From Candidatus Nanoarchaeia archaeon (GTDB taxonomy: Archaea > Nanobdellota > Nanobdellia > WJKC01): 64,000 bases of DNA. Made by a program: the position numbers and the translations under genes. How positions within the stretch are numbered: position 1 is the first letter of the stretch; the number at the start of each line of letters is the position of its first letter. The notes beneath the pieces were generated by a model. That model saw only the letters and a list, made by a program, of their open reading frames with translations, did no database searches and was not told the DNA's origin. The DNA lies in NCBI GenBank assembly GCA_041653515.1, contig JBAZFG010000006.1, forward strand, positions 484-64,483, in the 5' to 3' direction. Below are positions 34,645 to 42,725 of the stretch, one piece after another.

Positions 34645-34863
34645 TTAGTGTTGTCTGCCTTTTTTTTCTGGCAGTTTCCAGTTCATTTCGTGAGCGCAGT
34701 TAATGCATACTTTGTGCATTGTAGGGAAGTCTTTTTTAGGCTGACCCTGTTTGCAAATCCTGCACCTAACGAAAATCTCGCCCGGTTCAAAATCACGACT
34801 CAACATTTTAACATCACTACTACTAAGTGACAAACAGTCTTTATAAGTATTTTGATTGTTCAC
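34645..34863 (-). CDS. small zinc-ribbon protein (72 aa)
   Basis: CRIC...CINC pairs of CxxC. Lies 19 nt downstream of cysS on the same strand. GTG start; an internal ATG alternative exists. Confidence 0.45.
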   Translation of the reverse strand: MNNQNTYKDCLSLSSSDVKMLSRDFEPGEIFVRCRICKQGQPKKDFPTMHKVCINCAHEMNWKLPEKKGRQH

Positions 34864-34882
34864 TACTTATAAGTGAAACCTA

Positions 34883-36262
34883 TTATTTGTCTTCAAGTTT
34901 AACCCCAATTCTGGCCAGCTCATCCCTGATATAATCACTTAATTCATAATTCTTTTCCTTACGAAGCTTATTACGAACCTTAGTAAAAACTTTAACTAAA
35001 TCTTTGCCATCTGTTTTAACTAACTCAACCTTAACGCCAAGCACGCCAAGCAATTCAAGTACTTTATCCTTTGCTTCAAGAAGTGATTCTTTTGAAGCAG
35101 TGCCAAGCGAGGAATTAATTGATTTAACTAACGCGTAAATAACTGCCAATGCTTTAGGTGTGTTAAAATCATCCTCCATTGCCTCAACGAACAAGACCTG
35201 CGCGGTATTATCATCCTTCTTTAATGAAGCCCGGCCAAATGATTTCTGCTCGTCAACACTAGTGACCATGTTCTTGACCCGCTCAAGAGTATTCTTAGCA
35301 GTCTCCATCATACCCTCACTAAAGTCAACCTGGCTGCGGTAATGACCTGAGATTAAGGCAAGTTTAACAGTCATTGCGCCCCACTTGTTAATTGAGTCCC
35401 TTGCAGTGATGAAGTTGCCTTTGCTCTTGCTCATCTTCTCGCCGTTAAGGGTGATGTGGGCTGAGTGAAGCCAGTAATTAGCAAAAGGCTTGCCAGAGTA
35501 AGCCTCGCTCTGCGCAATCTCATTAACATGATGAACTGGTATGTGGTCAACCCCACCGCCATGAATGTCAAGCGTTGGTCCAAGGTATTTTAAACCCATT
35601 ACTGAACACTCAATATGCCAACCAGGGTAACCAAGACCCCAGGGACTGGTCCACTTCATTAAATGGCTTTCAGGCGCTTTAAGCCATAATGCAAAGTCAT
35701 GAGGGTGACGCTTATTAGGGTCAATCTCAACCCTGGCACCGGCCTTCAAGTCACTAAGCTTAAGGCGGGCAAGATGGCCGTAACTTTTTGACTTAGTTGT
35801 ATCAAAGTAAACGTTGCCGCCCACTTCATAAGCAAAACCCTTAGCGAGCAAATCTTTAATGAAGTCCTGCATCTCAAGAATGAACTGCGTTGCGCGCGGA
35901 CTAATATTAGGCCGCTCATTATTCAAGTCATCCATGTCCTGCCAGTACTTCCTAATCTGCGACTCAACTAGCTCCATTGGCTCGAGTCGGCGCAAGCGGG
36001 CGCGCTTCTCTATCTTGTCCTCACCCTGGTCAGCGTCATCAGTCAGGTGGCCGACATCAGTGAAGTTGCGAACATGAAACACATTATAACCGCGCCACTT
36101 GAGGTAACGAACCACCACGTCCCACCTGGAGTAAGTGGCGGCATTGCCAATATGCAAGTCATCATAAATCGTTTGACCGCAAGTGTAAATCTTAACGTGC
36201 TTGCTCTTCTGCGGCTTGAACAATTCCTTCCGCCTCGTCATGGTATTGTAAACTTTAAGCAT
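34883..36262 (-). CDS. cysS: cysteinyl-tRNA synthetase
   Basis: HIGH motif (LHIGNAATY) and KMSKS (EKMSKSKGN), plus class-I Cys-specific motifs WGLGYPGWHIECS. Confidence 0.95.
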   Translation of the reverse strand: MLKVYNTMTRRKELFKPQKSKHVKIYTCGQTIYDDLHIGNAATYSRWDVVVRYLKWRGYNVFHVRNFTDVGHLTDDADQGEDKIEKRARLRRLEPMELVESQIRKYWQDMDDLNNERPNISPRATQFILEMQDFIKDLLAKGFAYEVGGNVYFDTTKSKSYGHLARLKLSDLKAGARVEIDPNKRHPHDFALWLKAPESHLMKWTSPWGLGYPGWHIECSVMGLKYLGPTLDIHGGGVDHIPVHHVNEIAQSEAYSGKPFANYWLHSAHITLNGEKMSKSKGNFITARDSINKWGAMTVKLALISGHYRSQVDFSEGMMETAKNTLERVKNMVTSVDEQKSFGRASLKKDDNTAQVLFVEAMEDDFNTPKALAVIYALVKSINSSLGTASKESLLEAKDKVLELLGVLGVKVELVKTDGKDLVKVFTKVRNKLRKEKNYELSDYIRDELARIGVKLEDK

Positions 36263-36268
36263 GATACA

Positions 36269-37222
36269 TCACTCAAATAACTCCGTACTTAAATATTTAA
36301 AGCCGTTGTCAGGGCTGATAACAACAATCACTCCGTAATCAAGCCCCTCAGCAATCCTAATAGCAGCACTCACCGCGGCCCCAGTGCTCATGCCAACCAA
36401 TAAGCCGTGCTCGCGAGCCAGCCATCGCGCTGCCTTGAATGCCTCATCATCATTAACCATTATTTTCTCGTCAAGCATTGACTCATCATAAATGCCCGGC
36501 TGCCGTGACTCACTCATATTCTTAAGGCCTTGGATATGATGGCCCCTGACTGGTTCAACACCGATGATTTTTACTTCAGAGTCAAGTTCTTTTAACCGCT
36601 TGCCAGCGCCCATGATAGTGCCGCCAGTACCAATGCCAGCCACTAAGTGAGTGATGTGGCCGTTAGTCTGGCGCCACACTTCATTGCCAGTGATGTAGTA
36701 GTGGCCCAGCCAGTTGGCAGGGTTGTCATACTGGTTTAAGTATACAAGCGATGAGTCTTCCTTAACTAACTCGCGGGCTTTCATTATTGCGCCGTCAACC
36801 CCTTGGTTAGCTGGTGTTAGTATTAATTCAGCGCCGTAACCGCGCATTATCTTCTTGCGCTCCTCGCTGGCGTTCTCCGGCATGACTAATTTAATCTTGT
36901 AACCCTTGACTGCCGCAATCATTGCAAGTGAAATGCCAGTATTGCCGCTGGTTGACTCAATAATAGTGTCGCCTTGCTTTAAGCGGCCTTTCTTCTCAGC
37001 ATCTAGTATCATGTAGAGTGCGGCGACATCCTTGATGCTGCCTGACGGGTTCATGCCCTCAAGCTTGATTAATAACTCAACATTCTCCTTGCGCGTAAAA
37101 CTATCTGTTTTAGCACCCAAAGAACTTTGTTCTTTTAGGAAGCCATTCTTAATCCTGACGACGGGCGTATTGCCAATTAAATCAATAATGCTCCTAGCGC
37201 CCAGACCTAAGTCAGAAATCAT
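36269..37222 (-). CDS. cysK: cysteine synthase / O-acetylserine sulfhydrylase family PLP enzyme
   Basis: PLP-lysine motif NPSGSIKDV, substrate loop TSGNTG, phosphate loop GIGTGGT. Confidence 0.85.
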   Translation of the reverse strand: MISDLGLGARSIIDLIGNTPVVRIKNGFLKEQSSLGAKTDSFTRKENVELLIKLEGMNPSGSIKDVAALYMILDAEKKGRLKQGDTIIESTSGNTGISLAMIAAVKGYKIKLVMPENASEERKKIMRGYGAELILTPANQGVDGAIMKARELVKEDSSLVYLNQYDNPANWLGHYYITGNEVWRQTNGHITHLVAGIGTGGTIMGAGKRLKELDSEVKIIGVEPVRGHHIQGLKNMSESRQPGIYDESMLDEKIMVNDDEAFKAARWLAREHGLLVGMSTGAAVSAAIRIAEGLDYGVIVVISPDNGFKYLSTELFE

Positions 37223-37322
37223 TTCATAACACCACCCAAAAGAATAGTGCTGCCACTAACAGCAGCAAATGCAAGCGCTGCAGAGTAAACCACTTATTTT
37301 TGCGCTTTTCATGGTGAATTAA

Positions 37323-37883
37323 TTGGCAAGTACTTTTTATAAATCTTACTTATTTTATGATGAGTGGATGAAGAGAGAAAAAGTTTTATCAGCACTACTA
37401 ATCCTGGCCGTGTTTTATTTTTCTTTCATGATACTTGACCGGTTCTTGTCACTGATTTATGGCATTAACATGCAGCCTTATGAGGATAATTACCCGACTG
37501 GTTTTGCTATCTGGGGTCACTTGATTAATGGCTCGGCCGCTGCCATAGTATTATATTCTCTTTTTAGGTTGTATGATTTTGGGAAAGCAAAAGGCAGTAA
37601 AGGCCTGCGGTTCTTAGCAGTGGCAGTAATAATTTTCTTACTGACAGTTATCCCTTACTCTGGCGACGCTTCTTACATGATTGATGATGGTCTTGGTGGC
37701 TTAGTAGTCTTTCATGTTATTTTCAATGCCCTGTACGTTTTCTTCTGGGGCTTATTATTATTCAAGCTTAAGACTGCAATCAAACAGCAGATGGTCATAT
37801 TAATTGTAATGATTGTTGCATTCTTGTTAATTCATTATTTATTGTACGCGCCTAGTTTTCCTGAATTCCGCTGGATAATATAA
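37323..37883 (+). CDS. integral membrane protein (186 aa)
   Basis: ORF track (TTG start) with 5-6 hydrophobic helices. No family assigned. Confidence 0.5.
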   Translation: MASTFYKSYLFYDEWMKREKVLSALLILAVFYFSFMILDRFLSLIYGINMQPYEDNYPTGFAIWGHLINGSAAAIVLYSLFRLYDFGKAKGSKGLRFLAVAVIIFLLTVIPYSGDASYMIDDGLGGLVVFHVIFNALYVFFWGLLLFKLKTAIKQQMVILIVMIVAFLLIHYLLYAPSFPEFRWII

Positions 37884-37935
37884 TACCGTGTGGTATCATA
37901 ATCTTTATTAAATGATTCGTTTCTAAAATACAACT

Positions 37936-39171
37936 ATGAGTCTTCTGGATAAACTATTTTCAAGAAAAACCACTGAAGTAATGGTTGATGAGCGTGAGGA
38001 AGTAGAGTTATCGCTTGATGAATTAAAAAAACAAGTTAATAATTCATTAACTACGATTAATCAGTTGGATGATAAAGCTGTTGTTGAACCATTAATGAAT
38101 AATATCAATAAGATTAAGAGTATCCTGAAAGGATTAATGACGCGGGAACTAAATAATGATTATAATAAAGCCTTATTGATTGGCGCTAATAACGCCCGCA
38201 AAAGGATTTATGACCAAATAATGCCCTTGCTTAATATTAAAACACCTGAAACATTAACTCGCGTTAATGAATTAATCATTAGCATTAACTCACTTATTGA
38301 GCGCGCCAGTAAGGTCGCTGCCCAATCAAGACATGCTCAAATAATCTTTAGGGATGATATGAATAATCTTGGCAACTCCTTTGAAGATTTAAGCAGTGAT
38401 GTTAATGACTTGGTTGAATCAGTTAAGGAGCGAAACGAGCAATTAGACTCATTCAAAAACCTTGTTAAAGAAATAAAATCCTTTGATGAAGCAGTTAATA
38501 AAACAAAAGAGATTAAGGAAGAAGAATTAGAGTTCAGAAAGAAAATCAGTTCTTATGAGCGTGATAAAACTTTCATGTCAAGTGAATTATCACGGATTAA
38601 AGGAGTGGAAAATTATGACCGCGTGATGAACGCTGACACTAAACTAAAAGAAGTTAATAATCGTAAGATAGAGCTTGATAGTATGGCAATGACTATTGTA
38701 TCAAAGTTCTCGCGCGCTTTAAGAAAAGCGTTCAGGGATGACCCGTTCGTTAATGCTTTCTTGACTAACCCATTGGATTATATTTGCAAGCAAGAAGGCG
38801 ATTTTAATAAAAAGATGAGCTTGTTAACAAATTTGATTAATTCAGGCAAACTTGAATTAAATGATAAGGATTCAAAACGTTATTTAAGAGCTATTAGTGA
38901 TGATAGTATTAATGATTATATTAATGAGTATAAAAAATTATTATTAATTGAGAATGAATTAACCAGTAATGATTTCTCGTTAATGAAAAAAGCCGATGCT
39001 TTTGAGCGCAGATTAATTGATTTATCGCATAGAATAAAGAGTGATATTGGTGGTCTTGACTCATTCAAGGAGCGGGTCAGTGAGCAACAAAAAATAATTG
39101 ATGCCTTAAAATCAAAAGTAGAAGCTGTTGCAAGTGAGTGTTATCCTGAGAATGTACGGCTTATTCTTTAA
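37936..39171 (+). CDS. coiled-coil protein (411 aa)
   Basis: ORF track. Heptad-rich, Glu/Lys/Asn-rich throughout. Confidence 0.6.
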   Translation: MSLLDKLFSRKTTEVMVDEREEVELSLDELKKQVNNSLTTINQLDDKAVVEPLMNNINKIKSILKGLMTRELNNDYNKALLIGANNARKRIYDQIMPLLNIKTPETLTRVNELIISINSLIERASKVAAQSRHAQIIFRDDMNNLGNSFEDLSSDVNDLVESVKERNEQLDSFKNLVKEIKSFDEAVNKTKEIKEEELEFRKKISSYERDKTFMSSELSRIKGVENYDRVMNADTKLKEVNNRKIELDSMAMTIVSKFSRALRKAFRDDPFVNAFLTNPLDYICKQEGDFNKKMSLLTNLINSGKLELNDKDSKRYLRAISDDSINDYINEYKKLLLIENELTSNDFSLMKKADAFERRLIDLSHRIKSDIGGLDSFKERVSEQQKIIDALKSKVEAVASECYPENVRLIL

Positions 39172-39697
39172 TAATATTTGTCATTGCTAATTTATCACCC
39201 CAACGTTTGCCATCCTTTCTTATCATTAAAATGCTTGGGATGTAAAGCGGTATTGCCTCAATGAAGCGGGTTAAATTTCTTTTAGCGCTAACACTAAAAC
39301 CATTATCAGTTACTTTTATTTTCATTAATTTTTTGCCATAAGTAGCTGAGTAACGTGCTTCGAGTAATAGGAAATAAATTGGGTGTAAGAATAGCATGAT
39401 TAGTATTGCTGGCACGCTGAATAAAGACATTAGTGTCTCGATTGACTTACCTGAATTAATGAATGCGAGTGAAGCGCTAAGACTAATTAACAAACCTATA
39501 CTTATAATAAAACTAATATCAATTAAGAATGCAATAATTCTTCGCCTAAACAAGTGATTATCTTTTTCTTTAACAATAGCATTTAGTCCTCCGCTTTCGC
39601 TTGGTGGCAAGTAAGCACAAACAGTGCATTTGCTTGAGTTGTAAACGCTTGCGCCGCATGACGGACAACGCCAACTTGTTGGGTAACTCATATTCAT
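39161..39697 (-). CDS. zinc-ribbon plus RDD-family membrane protein
   Basis: N-terminal CPSCG...CTVC, then RRRIIAFLIDISFI and a later D-containing TM pattern typical of RDD domains. Confidence 0.65.
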   Translation of the reverse strand: MNMSYPTSWRCPSCGASVYNSSKCTVCAYLPPSESGGLNAIVKEKDNHLFRRRIIAFLIDISFIISIGLLISLSASLAFINSGKSIETLMSLFSVPAILIMLFLHPIYFLLLEARYSATYGKKLMKIKVTDNGFSVSAKRNLTRFIEAIPLYIPSILMIRKDGKRWGDKLAMTNIIKE

Positions 39698-40195
39698 TTA
39701 GAATAGTTTTTCCTTTAAGAAATTAACTAACACATCCCCTGCAATACTAATATCAGGGTTTGATGTTTCAATTATTAGATTACTATCAATTATTATATCA
39801 CGCTTCAACCGCGCTTCAACCTCGCTTGGTGGGTCGCGTCCCCTTTGAGTGAGCCTTTTTCTTAGGATTTCTAGTCTTGCTGTTAGTTCAATAACTATTG
39901 TGTTTAAGTATCGCTCTTTTATTTTGTTAATAATATTCCGGCTGACATTAATGATATAATTTTTATCAGGGTCAAGTAATGGGATGCCGTACTTCTTGCC
40001 ATGAGCTTCCCATGAGATAAAGAATTCCATTGACTCAAATTCATCATCAGTTACGCTTTCAAAATCCTCAAAATCATTTTTTGGTCTGGTGATAAACCGT
40101 TTGATTTTATTTAATGGGATTTTATTACAGGCATAATCAATTATGGTATCCTTGCCACTGCCCGATGGTCCTACAATAAGTATTAAGTGGTTCAT
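39698..40195 (-). CDS. phnN: PhnN-like P-loop kinase (ribose 1,5-bisphosphate phosphokinase / guanylate-kinase fold)
   Basis: LIVGPSGSGKDTI, RFITRP, ISWEAHGKKYGIP, INVSR and RLTQRGRDPPSEVEARLKR parallel E. coli PhnN motifs as I remember them. Confidence 0.6.
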   Translation of the reverse strand: MNHLILIVGPSGSGKDTIIDYACNKIPLNKIKRFITRPKNDFEDFESVTDDEFESMEFFISWEAHGKKYGIPLLDPDKNYIINVSRNIINKIKERYLNTIVIELTARLEILRKRLTQRGRDPPSEVEARLKRDIIIDSNLIIETSNPDISIAGDVLVNFLKEKLF

Positions 40196-40255
40196 TAATT
40201 AAAATTAAAAAAATACACTACTTAATAAGTTAGTTATGAATAATAATTCGTAAAC

Positions 40256-40265
40256 TATATAAATA
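40256..40265 (+). promoter_or_regulatory. TATA-like box of DUF5320-DUF134 operon
   Basis: tatataaata lies about 40 nt upstream of ATG 40304. The SD GAGGTGA at 40291..40297 implies a short leader. Confidence 0.45.
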
Positions 40266-40266
40266 G

Positions 40267-40288
40267 GTTATGAATATATATTCATAAC
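40267..40288. promoter_or_regulatory. 22-bp perfect palindrome, putative operator
   Basis: GTTATGAATATATATTCATAAC is its own reverse complement. It lies between the TATA box and the SD. A degenerate copy (gttatgaataataattcgtaaac) is at 40233..40255. Confidence 0.6.
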
Positions 40289-40303
40289 AGAGGTGATGTG
40301 AAA

Positions 40304-40540
40304 ATGCCAAATTTAGATAAAACAGGTCCAAGAGGCCTTGGTCCAATGACGGGCAGAGGACTTGGTCCTTGTGGCCGGGGTTTTGGAAGAGGCCTTGGAA
40401 GAGGCCTTGGAAGAGGATTGGGCTACAGACAGGTAGTTACAGAGAAAGAAGAGTTATTCTTGCTTAAAGAAGAGAAAGAATTAGCTCAGAAAGAACTAGA
40501 AGAAATAAATAAAAGGCTCAAAGAATTAGAGGATAAGTAA
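40304..40540 (+). CDS. DUF5320-type small protein (Gly/Arg repeat plus coiled coil)
   Basis: MPNLDKTGPRGLGPMTGRGLGPCGRGFGRGLGRGLGRGLG, then a Glu/Lys coiled coil. ATG 40304 is preferred over track GTG 40298 because of SD spacing. Confidence 0.7.
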   Translation: MPNLDKTGPRGLGPMTGRGLGPCGRGFGRGLGRGLGRGLGYRQVVTEKEELFLLKEEKELAQKELEEINKRLKELEDK

Positions 40541-40833
40541 TGCCAAGACCAAGAATGATAAGGCGCGTCAGGTTTAACCCTGACGTGACTTATTACAAGC
40601 CAGCCGGTGTGCCAATGAGATTACTTGAAGAAGTAATCATTAAGATAGATGAAGCTGAAGCACTGCGTTTATGTGATGTTGAAGGACTTAAACAAGACGA
40701 GGCAGCCAAGCGAATGGGTGTCTCACAATCAACATTGTTTAGAATGCTTAGCTCTGGCCGAGAGAAACTGGCTAGTGCAATAATTAAAGGCAAAGCAATT
40801 AAAATACAAATAAAAGGAGATGGTAATAAATGA
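40540..40833 (+). CDS. DUF134/UPF0251-family predicted DNA-binding protein (sigma-70 region-4-like HTH)
   Basis: FNPDVTYYKPAGVP...EALRLCDVEGLKQDEAAKRMGVSQSTLFRMLSSGREKLA. Confidence 0.75.
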   Translation: MPRPRMIRRVRFNPDVTYYKPAGVPMRLLEEVIIKIDEAEALRLCDVEGLKQDEAAKRMGVSQSTLFRMLSSGREKLASAIIKGKAIKIQIKGDGNK

Positions 40834-41129
40834 AAATAGCAATAAGCTCAAATAGTAAAACAATTAATGGTGAAGTAAGTGAAATCTTTGGCCGCTGCCC
40901 TTATTTTATAATAATGGAAGATGGCAAAGTGATTGAAGTAATTAAGAACATTAGTATAAATCAGCGTGGTGGTGCAGGCATATCTGCTGCAAAATTGGTG
41001 GCTGAAAAGAATGTTGACGCTGTTATGGCAGGTAATATTGGGCCAAGAGCGTTAAGTGTTCTTAAGCAATTTAACATAAAGACTTACTTAAAGAAAGGCT
41101 TAATAAAAAATGCAGTGAGTGGTTTATGA
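40830..41129 (+). CDS. NifB/NifX-like (dinitrogenase FeMo-cofactor biosynthesis domain) protein 1
   Basis: FGRCPYFIIME...GAGISAAKLVAEKNVDAVMAGNIGPRA is the typical small NifX/NifB-C-terminal-like fold signature. Confidence 0.65.
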   Translation: MKIAISSNSKTINGEVSEIFGRCPYFIIMEDGKVIEVIKNISINQRGGAGISAAKLVAEKNVDAVMAGNIGPRALSVLKQFNIKTYLKKGLIKNAVSGL

Positions 41130-41467
41130 AGCTAGTAATCCCAACTAATGGTGCGATTGTAGCAGAACACTTTGGTCACTGTAAGACTTATACTTTTCTT
41201 GATGAGAATGGTAAATTGATTGAAGTAATAAAAAATACAAGCGAGCATATGGGTGGTGTTGGCTTGCCTCCTGAATTAATGAAAGCTCACGACGCAGATA
41301 TATTGTTATGCAGAGGTATTGGTCTTAGGGCAATTAAATTATGTAATTCTCTTGGAATAAAAGTATACATTGGTCAAGCATCAACAATAAATGAATTATT
41401 TAATTTATGGGAAAATAATAAGCTTACTGAAGCTGGTGATGAGGCTGCTTGTAGTGAAGGTAATTAA
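41126..41467 (+). CDS. NifB/NifX-like protein 2
   Basis: AEHFGHCKTYTFLD...LLCRGIGLRAIKLCNSLGIKVY. Confidence 0.65.
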   Translation: MKLVIPTNGAIVAEHFGHCKTYTFLDENGKLIEVIKNTSEHMGGVGLPPELMKAHDADILLCRGIGLRAIKLCNSLGIKVYIGQASTINELFNLWENNKLTEAGDEAACSEGN

Positions 41468-41847
41468 TGAAAGGGGTTTATGTTTTAATGATTAAGTTAG
41501 ATAAAGAGGTCTGTATTAGTGTTGGCTCATTAGGATTAATTAATTTTAGTAAAGGTAGTTATGCTTATGTTGGTTCAGCGCAGAATGGTATTAAGCAGAG
41601 GGTTAACAGACATTTATCTAATAATAAGAGGTTACACTGGCATATTGACTACTTGCTTAATGATGATAACACAAGTGTAACTAAGGTTTTTTACAAAGAA
41701 TCTGGAAAAGAAGAAGAGTGTCAGATTGCAAAATCATTATTGCTCACTGAGAAACCAGTGATTAAATTTGGTTGCTCAGACTGTAAGTGTAATTCTCATT
41801 TATTTAAATTAAATAATCCTTTAAAATTGGGGATGAAAGTCTTATGA
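41467..41847 (+). CDS. DUF123-type GIY-YIG-superfamily protein
   Basis: GSYAYVGSAQNGIKQRVNRHLSNNKRLHWHIDYLL plus a C-terminal Cys pair (GCSDCKC). Confidence 0.65.
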   Translation: MKGVYVLMIKLDKEVCISVGSLGLINFSKGSYAYVGSAQNGIKQRVNRHLSNNKRLHWHIDYLLNDDNTSVTKVFYKESGKEEECQIAKSLLLTEKPVIKFGCSDCKCNSHLFKLNNPLKLGMKVL

Positions 41848-42722
41848 AAATAGCAGTTACTGGCGGCAAAGGTGGGACAGGCAAGTCAACAGTGGCAGTT
41901 TCACTTGCAGTTCAGTTTGCTGAAAAAAATAAAGTTATGCTAGTGGATGCTGATGTAGAATGCCCAAACGACCACTTATTGCTTTCAGTTAAGAAAAGAA
42001 AAGATAAGGATATTTATCAATTAATCCCTAAGTGGGATTTTAGTAAGTGCATTAAGTGTGGCAAGTGCGGGCTTGTCTGCAAGCAGGACGCTATAGTGGC
42101 AATTAAAGATAAATACCCTGCTTTTCTGCCTGAAATCTGTATAGGTTGCAGTGCTTGTATTGTTGCCTGTCCTACTGGCGCAATTAGTAAGTCAAAAAAG
42201 AAGATTGGAACTATTTATATTGGGCATAATTATGGAGTTAACCTTGTTTCTGGTGAACTAAAAATAGGTGAATTAGCTTCAGGTGAAGTTGTTAGTTCAG
42301 TTCGTTCGCGCTCTAATGAGATTAATAAAAAATTAAAAGCAGAAGTAATGATAATTGATTCTGCTGCTGGGATTGGCTGCCCTGTTATTGCTTCAATTAC
42401 AGGCACTGATTATGTTGTTGCAGTAACTGAGCCAACCCCGTCAGCGTTTCATGATTTAAAGAGAGTTTTATACTTAGCTGAACACTTTAAGATAAAGCAT
42501 GGTATTGTGATTAATAAATCAACGCTTGATGATGGTTTTTGCAAAAAGATTAAATCCTTTGCCAAAAAGAAAGGCATACCAATAATTGGGGAAATCCCTT
42601 ATAGTGATGATTTTGTTAGTTCAACAATAAAGATGAAGCCAATAATTAAATTAAAGCCAATTTATACAGAAACATTTAGAAAAATAGAAATGAATATAAA
42701 TTCAAAACGTTTTGATGATTAA
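41844..42722 (+). CDS. MinD/Mrp-family P-loop ATPase with inserted 2x[4Fe-4S] ferredoxin domain
   Basis: Deviant Walker A TGGKGGTGKST; CIKCGKCGLVC and CIGCSACIVACP. Confidence 0.8.
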   Translation: MKIAVTGGKGGTGKSTVAVSLAVQFAEKNKVMLVDADVECPNDHLLLSVKKRKDKDIYQLIPKWDFSKCIKCGKCGLVCKQDAIVAIKDKYPAFLPEICIGCSACIVACPTGAISKSKKKIGTIYIGHNYGVNLVSGELKIGELASGEVVSSVRSRSNEINKKLKAEVMIIDSAAGIGCPVIASITGTDYVVAVTEPTPSAFHDLKRVLYLAEHFKIKHGIVINKSTLDDGFCKKIKSFAKKKGIPIIGEIPYSDDFVSSTIKMKPIIKLKPIYTETFRKIEMNINSKRFDD

Positions 42723-42725
42723 AAT

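Noticed and set aside
34639-34830. Plus-strand 63-aa ORF overlapping the zinc-ribbon ORF
   Set aside because: The minus-strand frame has two CxxC pairs and follows cysS on the same strand, while the plus frame is featureless. Even the minus-strand call is only moderate confidence.
40298-40303. GTG 40298 as start of the DUF5320 gene (track start)
   Set aside because: The SD GAGGTGA ends at 40297, directly abutting the GTG. ATG 40304 has proper spacing and gives the family-typical MP... N-terminus.
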